Positions 38,151 to 52,616 of a DNA stretch of 64,000 nt are shown piece after piece. How positions within the stretch are numbered: the first letter of the stretch is position 1; each line of letters starts with the position of its first letter. Source of the stretch: Malacoraja senta (Eukaryota); NCBI GenBank assembly GCA_038087875.1, contig JAXLNO010000174.1, positions 186,001 through 250,000 on the forward strand, read 5' to 3'. Below the pieces are notes generated by a model. It did no database searches, had not been told where the DNA came from, and worked only from the letters and a program-made list of their open reading frames with translations. The position numbers and the translations under genes were made by a program.

Positions 38151-39829
38151 ATTTTCATTTTCAAACCACATTAAGGGCAATCACAGTTGAGTGTTATTCA
38201 GAGCTCAGAGAGACGTGAACATCTCGCTTCCATCTTGCAGAGACTGAGTGAGGCACACCATTTCCGCGTTTTATAGTCCATATTCCTCCCACCAGCAGGG
38301 GCAGCAGGGAGAATGGCAACACTATTAAAACATTAGTATCTCTCTGATTTTTCAACGATGGGTAAAATCCTCTGGTCCATTCCGGCGGAGAGGGCCTCTG
38401 AGCTAGTTGTTCAAAAATGACAGCCGTAAGTCGCAGCGTTCTGTCGGAAATCACATCGCAGTGAGTCAAAAGCGGTCAAGATCTTACTTTTAGTAATATA
38501 GATATGGTTCTATAAGAGACCCCCTCATCCTTCTAAACTCCAGTGAATAAAAGCCTAGTCTTTCCAATCTTTCCTCATATGAAAATCCCGCCATCCCAGG
38601 CATGAATCTCGTGAACCTACGCTGCACTGCCTCAATTACAAGTATGTCCTTCCTCAAATAAGGATACCAAAACTGTACCCAATACTCCAGATGTGGTCTC
38701 ACCAGAGCCTTATACAATGGCAGACGAACCTCTTTACTCCAATACTGAAATCCTCCTGTAATGTAGGCCAAATTCCATTACCTTTCTTCACGGCCTGCTA
38801 TACGTGTAAGCCAACTTTTAGTGACCGGTGTACAAGGACGCCCGGGTTTCGCTGCACCTCCCACTTACCTAACTTAACCCCATTGAGATAACAATCTGCC
38901 TCCTAGTTTTATCCGCCAAAGTGGATAACCACACATTTATATATAATATACTGCATCTGCCACGGATCAACCATTCCAGGTCACCCTGCAACATCCTAAC
39001 ATCCTCTTCATTGTTCACACTGCCACCCAGCTTTGTGTCATCCGTTATCTTGCTAGTGTTGCTCCTAATTCCCTCTTCCAAATCAGTAATATATATGGTA
39101 AACAGTAGCGACACAACACCGACTCTTGCGGCACTCCACCAGCCACTGCCTGCGAATCTGAAAAGGTTCCGTTCACTCCTGCACTTTGCTTCCGGTCTGC
39201 CAACCAATTTTTCTATCCATGTCAACACCCTACCCCCAATACCATGTGCTTTAATTTTAGTCATCTGTCTCCCGTGCGGGACCTTATCAAATGCTTTCTG
39301 ATAGTCTAGATACACTACATCCACTGGCACCCCTTCATCCATTTTACGTGTCACATTCTCAAAGAATTCCAGAAGATTAGTCAAGCATGCTTTCCCATTC
39401 ATAAATCCATTGCAACCCTATATCGGCAGGAAAAACACTGCTGGTTCATATAGGGCCCAAATAAAATGTTCGCTACGTAAAATTACATTAAAGCCATCCC
39501 AAGGAGCAACATTATATTTAAAATAAACGTCTTACCCTTTGCTTTGTCCCGTTCTTGCCATCCGTCACGTTGTAGGCGTTGAGGGCGTTAGAAGTCGCTT
39601 TTTATTTTAATCAAATTATATAATTTTCCAGCGAATTTTTAAAACAATATATCGGGATCGGAAGACCGATCGATTTTTCTTCATCAGCTAGAAGCCCGAG
39701 GAAATCCGCCTCAGGAATGCAGTAGAAAACTGGATTTAATCCCGCGCCCCCTCAAAGGTGCCAAAGTTGCGCACACGCCAAGTGGCAGAACAGCAGCGCC
39801 GCTGAAGGTAGGTACTGTAAAATTGCTAC

Positions 39830-43190
<3,361 letters not shown>

Positions 43191-43579
43191 TATTCAGATA
43201 CATGAGAAAATAATCCACATTTGTCTCTGTCACCATTCTTTTGAAAGGAAGACAACGTTATCTCGGCAGCATTCTGATAAACATCCTCTGCAGACAGTAA
43301 TTGGTAAACCATAACTTCAAACCACGCTCCAAATTCAATATTGACCAAATTTCTCTTAAGCTGCAACAGGATATCTTGTCGTTTATACTCAACTAGACTA
43401 AGTGGGACCCGTTCGGTCCCATGTTTACACGGGAGGGCTGTTCCCCCAATGCAATGTTCCACCTCTCCACCAATTCCAATATTGTTGACCAGTGCGATGG
43501 GGACTTTCTGGAACGCTAGTATGGATATTGTGGGCTGAAGGGACTGATTCCCAGTGGACTAGTATGGACTACTATGGAG

Positions 43580-45278
43580 CCACTAAGGAGGACACAAACA
43601 ATCTTCCTGATATAGTAGTGGCCAGAGGATCTGGGGTGATAGAGGAATTGAAGGAAATCCACATTAGGCAGGAAATGGTGTTGGATAAACTGATGGGACT
43701 GAAGGCTGATAAATCCCCAGGGCTGATGGTCTGCATCCCAGGGTACTTAAGGAAGTGGCTCTAGAAATCGTGGATGCATTGGTGATAATTGTCCAATGTT
43801 ATATAGACTCAGGATCAGATCCTGTGGATTGGAGGGTAGCTAAAGTTATCCCACTTTTTAAGAAAGGCGGGAGAGAGAAAACGGGGAATTATAGACCAGT
43901 TAGCTTGACATCGGTGGTGGGTAAGATGCTGCAGTCAATTATCAAAGATGAGATAGCCGCACATTTGGATAGCAATAACAGGATCAGCATGGATTTACAA
44001 AGGGGATATCATGCTTGACTCATCTTCTGGAATTTTTTAAAGATGTAACTCGGAAAATGGACAAGGGAGAGTTAGTGGATGTAATGTACCTGGACTTTCA
44101 GAAACCACTTGATAAGGTCCCACATGGTAGATTAGTGGGCAAAATTAGGGCATATGGTGTTTGGGGTAGAGTGCTGACATGGATAGAGAAGTGGTTGGCA
44201 GACAGGAAACAAAGAGTATGGATTAACGGGTCCCTTTCAGAATGGAAGTCAGTGACTAGTGGGGTACCGCAAGGATCTGTGCTGGGATCGCAGCTATTTA
44301 CAATAAACATCAATGATTTGGATGATGGGATTCTAAGTAACATTAGCAAATTTGCAGATGACACAAAGCTAGGTGCCAATGTGAACTGTGAGGAGGATGC
44401 CATGAGAATGCATGCTGACTTGGACAGGTTGGGGGAGTGGGCAGATGCATGGCAGATGAAGTTTAATGCGGATAAATGTGAGGTAGAAAAAACAGGAATG
44501 CAGATTACTATCTAAAGGGCGTCAAGTTGGGAAAAGGGGAAGTATAACGGGATATGGGTTGTCCTTCTACATTAATCTATGAAAGTAAGCATGCGGGTAC
44601 AGTAGGCACTGAAGAAATCGAATGGCATGTTGGCCTTAATAACAGGAGGTGTCGAATATAGGAGCAAAGAGGTACTTCTGCAGTTCTACAGCGTCCTAGT
44701 GAGACCATACTTGGAGTATTGTGTGCAGTTTTGGTCCCCAAATTTGAGGAAGGATATTCTTGCTAGTGAGGGAGTGCAGCGTAGGTTCACAATGTTAATT
44801 CCCTCGATGGCGGGACAGTCATATGATGAGAGAATGGAGCAACAGGGCTTGTACACACTGGAGTTTAGAAGGATGAGAGGAGATCTCTTTGAAACTTATA
44901 CAGTTGTTAAGGGCATGGACACACTAGAGGCAGGAAACATGTTCCCGACGTTGGGGGAAACCAGAACCAGGTGCCACAGTTTAAGTCTAAGGAGTAAGCC
45001 ATTTATAACGGAGACGAGGAAACACTTTTCCTCACAGAGAGTGATGAGTCTGTGGAAATCTCTGCCTCAGAGGGCGGTGGAGGTAGGTTCTCTGGATGTT
45101 TTCAAGAGAGAGCTAGATGGGGCTCTTAAAATAGCGGTGTCAGGGTATATGGGGAGAAGGCAGGAACGGGGTACTGATTGGGGATGATCATCCATGATCA
45201 CATTGAATGCCGGTGCAGGCTCGAAGGGCCAAATGGCCTGCTCCTGCACCTATTGTCTATTTTCTATTGTCTATTGTC
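43580..45278 (+). mobile_element. 5'-truncated CR1 LINE (frameshifted RT)
   Basis: [32 protein letters not shown]; tail (ctattgt)n. Confidence 0.93.
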
Positions 45279-45300
45279 ATTGTGGGCCGAATGAATCCTT

Positions 45301-45388
45301 GGGCTGGCAGCTCAGTCACTCAGGACTGGTGGGCTGGCAGCTCAGTCACTCAGGCCTGGTAGGCTGGCAGCTCAATCACTCAAGCCTA
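45301..45388. repeat. 30-bp tandem repeat, 3 copies
   Basis: gggctggcagctcagtcactcagg unit at 45301, 45331 and 45361. Confidence 0.9.
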
Positions 45389-45389
45389 G

Positions 45390-47868
45390 TTTAAAGCACA
45401 GGGCAGGCCGAACAGCTCATTGAATTTTCATTTCACTTACATTGCCTTTTTCAGTTTCAAGCACAGGGCAGGCCGAACAGCTGATTGCATTTTCATTTCA
45501 CTTCTATTCCCATTGCAGTTTCAAGCACAGGGCAGGCCAACAGCTAATTTCATTTGGATTTCACTTCCATTGCCATTGCAGTTTCTAGCACAGGGGTTGG
45601 CCGAACAGCTGAATGCATTTTCATTTAACTTCCATTGCCATTGCAGTTTCAAGCACAGGGCAACCCTAACAACTGATTGCATTTTCATTTATTTTCCATT
45701 GCCATCGTAGTTTCAAGCAGAGGGCAGGCCAATCTGACGATTGCATTTGCATTTCATTTCCATTGCCGTTCCAGTTTCAAGCACAGGGCAGGCCAAACAG
45801 CTGATTGCATTTCCATTTCACTTCCATTGCCATTGCAGGTTCAAGCACAGGGCAGGCCAAGCAGCCTACTGCATTTTCATTTCACGATTGCATTTTCATT
45901 TCACATCCATTGCCATTGCAGTTTCAAGTACAGTGCAGTTCAAACAGCTGATTGCATTTTGCTTTCACTTCCACAGCCATTGCAGATTCAACCACAGGGC
46001 AGGCCAAAGTGCTGATTGCATTTTCATTTCACTTCCATTGCCATTGCAGTTTCAAGCACAGGGCTGGCCAAACAGCTGATTGTATTTTCATTTCACTTCC
46101 ATTGCCATTGCAGTTTCAAGCATAGGACAGGCCAAACAGCTAATTGGATTTTCATTTCACCTCCATTCCCACTGCAGTTTGAAGCACAGTGCTCGCAAAG
46201 CAGCGGATTGCATTTGCCTTTCATTTTCATAGTCATTGCCGTTTCAAGCTCAGGGCTGGCCAAACAGGTCATTGGGTTTTCATTTCATTTCCATTGCCAT
46301 TGCTGTTTCAAGCACAAGGCAGGCCAACATCTCATTCCATTTACATTTCATTCCCATTCCCATTGCAGTTTCAAGCACACGGCTGGCCGAACAGATGATT
46401 GCATTTTCATTTCATTTCCATTGCCATCGCAGTTTCAAGCAGAGGCCAGACCAAACAGCCGATTGCATTTTCATTTCACTTCCATAGCAATGCAGTTTCA
46501 AGCACAGGGCATCCCAAACAGCGTATTGCATTTTCATTTCTCTTCCATTGCCATTGCAGTATCAAGCACATGGCAGGCTACCAGCAGATTGCATTTTTAA
46601 TTTCACATACATTGCCTTTGCAGGTTCAAGAATAGGGCAGGCTAAACAGCTGATTGCATTTTCATTTCAATTCCATTGCCATTGCAGTTTCAAGCACACG
46701 GCAGGCCAAGAACCTGATTGCATTTTCATTGCACTTCCATTGCCGTCGCAGTTTCAAGCACAGGGCAGGCCGAACAGCTTATTGCTTTTTCATTTCACTT
46801 CCATTGTTAATGCAGTTTCATGCACAGGGCAGGCCAAACAACTGATTGCATTTTCAATCCATTGCCATTGCCATTGCAGTTTCAAACACAGCGCAGGCCA
46901 AACAGAGGATTGCTTTTTCATTTCATTTCCAATGTCATTGCAGTTTCAAGCTCGGGGCTGTCAAAACAGCTCATTGGATTTTCATTTCATTCCCATTGCC
47001 ATTGCAGTTTCGAGCACAGGGCAGGCCAAACAGCAGATTCCATTTTCATTTCATTCCCATTGACATTGTATTTTCAAGCACAGGGCAGGCTAAACAGCTC
47101 ATAGCATTTTCAGTTAATTTCCATTGTAATTGTAGTTTCAAGCACAGGGCAGGCCAAGCAGTTCTTTGTATTTTCATTTCATTTCCATTGCCATTGCAGT
47201 TTCAAGCACTGCGCAGGCCAACAGCTCATTGCATTTATATTTAATTTCCATTCCATTGCAGTTTCAAGCACACGGCAGGCCGAACAGCTGATTTCATTTT
47301 AATTTAATTTCCATTGCCATTGCAGTTTCAAGCACAGGTCAGGTCAAACGCAGATTACATTTTCAATCCATTGCCATTACCATTGCAGTTTCAAGCACAG
47401 AGTAGGCCAAACAGCTGATTGCATTTTCATTTAATTTCCATTTCCATCGCTGTTTCAAGCACAGGGCAAGCCAACATGCTGATTACGTTTTAATTTCATT
47501 TCCATTGCCATTGCAGTTTCAAGCACCGTCAGGCCAAACAGCGCATTGCATTTTCTTTTAATTTCCAATGTCATTGCAGTTTCAAGCACAGAGTAGGCCA
47601 AACAGCTTATTGCATTTTCATTTTATTTCCATTGCCATTGCATTTTCAAGCACAGGGCAGACCAAACATTGCATTTTCATTTCATTTCCATTGACATTGC
47701 AGTTTCTTCCACAGGGCAGGCCAAGCAGCTCATTGCATTTTCATTTCATTTACATTGCCATTGCAGTTTCAAGCACATGGCAGGCCAACAGCTCATTGCC
47801 TTCACATTGCATTTCAATTCCCATTGCAGTTTTAAGCACACGGCATGCCGAACAGCTGATTGCATTTT
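45390..47868. repeat. About 64-bp tandem satellite array, roughly 38 copies
   Basis: Consensus gcagtttcaagcacagggcaggccaaacagctgattgcattttcatttcatttccattgccatt; period 63-65 bp. Confidence 0.96.
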
Positions 47869-49240
47869 TGTAGATTGGTTATTTCATGTGAACCAATCAC
47901 AGTAGAAATAGCATCACTAACCCCATCCTACTGTATGATTTATGCTAACACCCACTTCCTACACTGGTCATTCTTGGAAGCGGTAACGATGAACTAACAA
48001 CTAACAACCTGCTGTACCGCTATACTATGTGTACAGATTAAATATGACTGAACTCCATATTGTGCAGCTTGCTTATTTACATGTTGTCAGTAAGCTTGGA
48101 GTAACCCACTGCGTCCGTTTATCGGGTTTTATTTCTGTTTATCAGTTTACTCGTATCGCTATGGCTCAATCATGCAGAAAGCCTGCGCAGCTTACCTTCG
48201 ATTCTGACATCGGGGAACGATGGAGCCTCTTTGAAATTGACTACGAATACTACATCAATATCGTCCACCGAAATGAACCAGACGCTGTCAAGGCTTCCGT
48301 CCTCCTTAACCTGGCAGAAACCGAAGCCATGATGAGAGCACGGACATTTGAATACGCACCAGCCGTCTACGATGACAACGATCAGGTAGTTGTCCCTGCT
48401 GAGTCTATGCGTGATCCTAATGTTTTGCTGCGTAAATTCCGTGATCTATGTGATTTTAGAAAGAGGCAAATTAACAACGAGACACCAGCTTCCCGATGAG
48501 CCGGAAGAAAGATTTATTTGTGACTTGAAATATATGGCTGAGAGATATCGCTTTCAGATCATGACGAATGAATTAATCCGGGATAAGCTGGTCAGCGGTA
48601 TGGCCGATCAAAAGCTAAGGTCTGAGTTACTGCGGAATACTGATTTAACCCTTGAGCAAGCAATACATGCCTGTCGAATGTCTGAGATTTTTGCTCCATT
48701 AGGCGAACAGCTTGACTCTGAGACGAAGACAATAAACCTGACGGGTTTCAACAGATGAATGAGCCTTATCAACCGGCTAACCGGGGATTTGCCAATGAGC
48801 CCCCTCAGAGGTGCCCTAATTGTTATTACTCCCACAACAAGGGGCGATCGTCTTGTCCGGCTTAGTGAAAGCCATGCAACTACTGCCAAAAGATGTACCA
48901 TTTCGCCGTCTTTTGCAGGTCCCTTGGGAACAGACCCTCCAGCTCAGCGTTTAATCTGCACCGGTTGCAACACAACCAAACAATTCCTGAATCTCAAGAC
49001 CAGCTGGACTCTGCTCACGCGGACGATCCAATTAGCACATATTAGGAGTCGACTGTGCAATCAATCGTTCACACAGCTGGTAAGATTATGGATCCTTCTG
49101 TTCCAATGACAATTAATAACAAGCCCGTGAAAGCCAAGCTAGACACGGGGGACCGCGTGAATGTAATGTCTGTGCACATTTACAACAAGATAATAAATAA
49201 TGAGCCCTTGACTAGAGACAGTTCCACCTTACATGCTTAT
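47869..49240 (+). mobile_element. Truncated Gypsy/Ty3 element (5' LTR, PBS, gag, start of protease)
   Basis: Putative LTR TGTAGAT...TTTACA (47869-48081, 213 bp) and PBS-like tgttgtcag. Gag MAQSCRKPAQLTFDSD from 48161 is homologous to MANSCRKPHMLVFDSD at 20575. Protease LDTG near 49140. Confidence 0.88.
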
Positions 49241-52200
49241 ACATAGATACATAGATACATAGAAAATAGGTGCAGGAGTAGGCCATTCGGCCCTTCGAGC
49301 CTGCACCGCCATTCAATATGATCATGGCTGATCATCCAACTCAGTATTCCGTACCTGCCTTCTCTCCATGCCCCCTGATCCCTTTAGCCACAAGGGCCAC
49401 ATCTAACTCCCTCTTAAATATAGCAAATGAACTGGCCTCAACTACCCTCTGTGGCAGAGAGTTCCAGAGATTCACCACTCTCTGTGTATAAAAGCTTTTC
49501 CTCATCTCGGTCTTAAAGGATTTCCCCCTGATCCTTAAGCTGTGACCCCTTGTCCTGGACTTCCCCAACATCGGGAACAATCTTCCTGCATCTAGCCTGT
49601 CCAACCACATAAGCATTTTGTACGTTTCTATAAGATCCCCTCTCAATCTCCTAAATTCTAGCGAGAAAAAGCCAAGTCTATCCAGTCTTTCTTCATATGA
49701 AAGTCCTGACATCCCAGGAATCAGTCTGGTGAACCTTCTCTGCACTCCCTCTATGGCTATAATGTCCTTCCTCAGAGTTGGAGACCAAAACTGTACGCAA
49801 TACTCCAGGTGTGGTCTCACCAAGACCCTGTACAACTGCAGTAGAACCTCCCTGCTCCTATACTCAAATCCTCTTGCTATGAAGGCCAACATACCATTCG
49901 CTTTCTTCACTGCCTGCTGCACCTGCATACCTACTTTCAATGACTGGTGTACCATGACACCCAGGTCTCGCTGCATCTCCCCATTTCCTAATCGGCCAGC
50001 ATTTAGATAATAGTCTGCCTTCCCGTTTTTGCCACCAAAGTGGATAACCTCACATTTATCCACATTATACTGCATCTGCCGAACATTTGCCCACTCACCC
50101 AGCCTATCCAAGTCACCTTGCAGTCTCCTAGCATCCTCCTCACAGCTAACACTGCCCCCCAGCTTAGTGTCATCCGCAAACTTGGAGATGTTGCCTTCAA
50201 TTCCCTCATCCAGTTCATTAATATAAATTGTAAATAGCTGGGGTCCCAGCACTGAGCCTTGCGGTACCCCACTAGTCACTGCCTGCCATTGTGAAAAGGA
50301 CCCGTTTACTCCTACTCTTTGCTTCCTGTTTGCCAGCCAGTTCTCTATCCACATCAATACTGAACCCCCAATACCGTGTGATTTAAGTCTGTACCCTAAT
50401 CTCTTATGTGGTACCTTGTCGAAAGCCTTCTGAAAGTCCAGATATAACACATCCACTGGTTCTCCCCTATCCACTCTACTAGTTACATCCTCGAAAAATT
50501 CTATAAGATTCGTCAGACACGATTTACCTTTCGTAAATCCATGCTGACTTTGTCCAATGATTTCACCACTTTCCAAATGTGCTGCTATCCCATCTTTAAT
50601 AACTGACTCTAGCAGTTTCCCCACTACCGACGTTAGACTAACTGGTCTGTACTTCCCCGTTTTCTCTCTCCCTCCCTTCTTAAAAAGTGGGGTTACGTTT
50701 GCTACCCTCCAATCCTCAGGAACTACTCCAGAATCTAAAGAGTTTTGAAAAATTATCACTAATGCATCCACTATTTCTGGAGCTACTTCCTTAAGTACTC
50801 TGGGATGCAGCCTATCTGGCCCTGGTGATTTAACGGCCTTTAATCCATTCAATTTACCCAACACCACTTCCCGACTAACCTGGATTTCACTCAGCTCCTC
50901 CATCTCCTTTGACCCCCGGCCCCCTGCTATTTCCGGCAGTTTATTTATGTCTTCCTTAGTGAAGACGGAACCAAAGTAGTTATTCAATTGGTCCGCCATA
51001 TCCTTGTTCCCCATGATCAATTCACCTGTTTCTGACTGCAAGGGACCTACATTTGTTTTAACTAATCTCTTTCTCTTCACATATCTATAAAACCTTTTGC
51101 AGTCAGTTTTTATGTTCCCTGCCAGTTTCCTTTCATAATCTATCTTCCCTTTCCTAATTAAGCCCTTTGTCCTCCTCTGCTGGTCTCTGAATTTCTCCCA
51201 GTCCTCTGGTATGCTGCTTTTTCTGGCTAATTTGTACGCATCATCTTTTGCTTTGATACTATCCCTGATTTCCCTTGTTATCCACGGATGCACTACCTTC
51301 CCTGATTTATTCTTTTGCCAAACTGGGATGAACAATTTTTGTAGTTCATCCATGCAGTCTTTAAATGCCTTCCATTGCATATCCACCGTCAACCCTTTTA
51401 GAACTAATTGCCAGTCAATCTTGGCCAATTCACGTCTCATACCCTCAAAGTTACCTTTCTTTAAGTTCAGAACCGTTGTTTCTGAATTAACAATGTCACT
51501 CTCCATCCTAATGAAGAACTCAACCATATTATGGTCACTCTTGCCCAAGGGGGCACGTACAACAAGACTGCTAACTAACCCTTCCTCATTACTCAATACC
51601 CAGTCTAGAATAGCCTGCTCTCTCGTTGGTTCCTCTACATGTTGGTTTAGATAACTATCCCGCATACATTCCAAGAAATCCTCTTCCTCAGCACCCTTGC
51701 CAATTTGATTCACCCAATCTTTATGTAGATTGAAGTCACCCATTATAACTGTTTTGCCTTTGTTGCACGCATTTCTAATTTCCTGTTTGATGCCATCCCC
51801 AACTTCACTACTACTGCTAGGTGGCCTGTACACAACACCCACCAGCGTTTTCTGCCCCTTAGTGTTTCGCAGCTCTACCCATACCGATTCCACATCCTCC
51901 AAGCTAATGTCCTTCCTTTCCACTGCGTTAATCTCCTCTCTAACCAGCAACGCTACCCCACCTCCTTTTCCTTTCTCTCTATCCCTCCTGAATATTGAAT
52001 ATCCCTGGATGTTCAGCTCCCAGCCTTGGTCACCCTGGAGCCATGTCTCCGTGATCCCAACTATATCATAATCATTAATTGCTATCTGCACGTTCAACTC
52101 ATCCACCTTATTACGAATGCTCCTTGCATTGAGACACAAAGCCTTCAGGCTTGTTTTTACAACGCTCTTACCCCTTATACAATTATGTTGAAAAGTGGCC

Positions 52201-52616
52201 CTTTTTGATTTTTGCCCTGGATTTGTATGCCTGCCACTTTTACTTTTCACTTTGCTACCTATTGCTTCCGCCCGCACTTTACACCCCTCTGTTTCTCTGC
52301 TCACCCATTTAAGAACCCCACCACCTCTTATTCTCTGTTTATTATTGTTTTCTTCTTTCCCCCCTACATGTTGGGTCTGAGTGCTTTCCTTCTCTGCCTC
52401 CTGCCTCACACACTGTCTAATAGCATTCTCTATTTGAGTCCCTCCCCCCAACCATTCTAGTTTAAAGTCTCCCCAGTAGCCTTTGCAGATCTCCCCGCCA
52501 GGATATCGGTCCCCCTCAGGTTCAAGTGCAACCCATCCTTTTTGTACAGGTCGAACCTTCCACAAAAGAGGTCCCAATGATCCAGAAATTTGAATCCCTG
52601 CCTTCTGCACCAGTCC
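49241..52616 (-). mobile_element. Young CR1 LINE, truncated within ORF1
   Basis: Uninterrupted ORF2. ORF1 esterase C-terminus (DHWDLF, YKKDGLHLNLRG) ends at 52457. The 8-bp tail repeat reads acatagat on + at 49241-49262. Confidence 0.96.
49341..52466 (-). CDS. CR1 ORF2 polyprotein (APE endonuclease + reverse transcriptase); start not defined, no AUG before the endonuclease domain
   Basis: More than 1000 open codons with [52 protein letters not shown] and FADD. Confidence 0.9.
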   Translation of the reverse strand, partial: FKLEWLGGGTQIENAIRQCVRQEAEKESTQTQHVGGKEENNNKQRIRGGGVLKWVSRETEGCKVRAEAIGSKVKSKSGRHTNPGQKSKRATFQHNCIRGKSVVKTSLKALCLNARSIRNKVDELNVQIAINDYDIVGITETWLQGDQGWELNIQGYSIFRRDREKGKGGGVALLVREEINAVERKDISLEDVESVWVELRNTKGQKTLVGVVYRPPSSSSEVGDGIKQEIRNACNKGKTVIMGDFNLHKDWVNQIGKGAEEEDFLECMRDSYLNQHVEEPTREQAILDWVLSNEEGLVSSLVVRAPLGKSDHNMVEFFIRMESDIVNSETTVLNLKKGNFEGMRRELAKIDWQLVLKGLTVDMQWKAFKDCMDELQKLFIPVWQKNKSGKVVHPWITREIRDSIKAKDDAYKLARKSSIPEDWEKFRDQQRRTKGLIRKGKIDYERKLAGNIKTDCKRFYRYVKRKRLVKTNVGPLQSETGELIMGNKDMADQLNNYFGSVFTKEDINKLPEIAGGRGSKEMEELSEIQVSREVVLGKLNGLKAVKSPGPDRLHPRVLKEVAPEIVDALVIIFQNSLDSGVVPEDWRVANVTPLFKKGGREKTGKYRPVSLTSVVGKLLESVIKDGIAAHLESGEIIGQSQHGFTKGKSCLTNLIEFFEDVTSRVDRGEPVDVLYLDFQKAFDKVPHKRLGYRLKSHGIGGSVLMWIENWLANRKQRVGVNGSFSQWQAVTSGVPQGSVLGPQLFTIYINELDEGIEGNISKFADDTKLGGSVSCEEDARRLQGDLDRLGEWANVRQMQYNVDKCEVIHFGGKNGKADYYLNAGRLGNGEMQRDLGVMVHQSLKVGMQVQQAVKKANGMLAFIARGFEYRSREVLLQLYRVLVRPHLEYCVQFWSPTLRKDIIAIEGVQRRFTRLIPGMSGLSYEERLDRLGFFSLEFRRLRGDLIETYKMLMWLDRLDAGRLFPMLGKSRTRGHSLRIRGKSFKTEMRKSFYTQRVVNLWNSLPQRVVEASSFAIFKRELDVALVAKGIRGHGEKAGTEY

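Larger units (their letters stand above)
33814..38502 (-). mobile_element. Helitron-like element containing a duplicated genomic block
   Basis: Minus-strand 5' end A|TCTATATTACTAAAAG at 38502. 3' end has hairpin GGGACTC-AAC-GGGTCCC followed by ACTTAGT-CAAG|T (variant of CTAG). Inserted at an A|T site with no TSD. Confidence 0.75.
33460..39409 (-). mobile_element. 5'-truncated CR1 split by a Helitron-like insertion (pieces 33460-33813 and 38503-39409)
   Basis: ccagtccttttataatttta|tatggttctataagaga rejoins the CR1 sequence seen intact (reverse) at 63592-63627. RT motifs YLDYQKAFDKVPH and LVRPHLEY. Confidence 0.85.
32330..39829. mobile_element. Non-autonomous TIR DNA transposon split into two arms (32330-33459 and 39410-39829); superfamily uncertain
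   Basis: Ends gttgcaatgttaca and tgtaaaattgctac are imperfect inverted repeats. The body is AT-rich, and the flanking AG-rich tract resumes immediately after 39829. Confidence 0.55.
43393..47868 (-). mobile_element. Helitron-like element (3' end intact, 5' end missing) carrying a CR1 insertion and a satellite array
   Basis: On + A|CTAG-ACTAAGT-GGGACCC-GTT-CGGTCCC, which is hairpin plus CTAG on the minus strand. 43393-43570 is homologous to 33814-33996. The sequence appears to resume after the CR1 (ctagtatggac|attgtggg). Confidence 0.65.

Noticed and set aside
45390..47868. CRISPR-like array or His/Cys-rich metal-binding ORFs
   Set aside because: Units are contiguous diverged tandem repeats with no unique spacers. 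The context is eukaryotic, and the ORFs are satellite translations.
49618..52071. Plus-strand ORFs antisense to CR1 ORF2 (and similar antisense ORFs over other LINEs and the Gypsy)
   Set aside because: Shadow frames of the retroelement coding strand.
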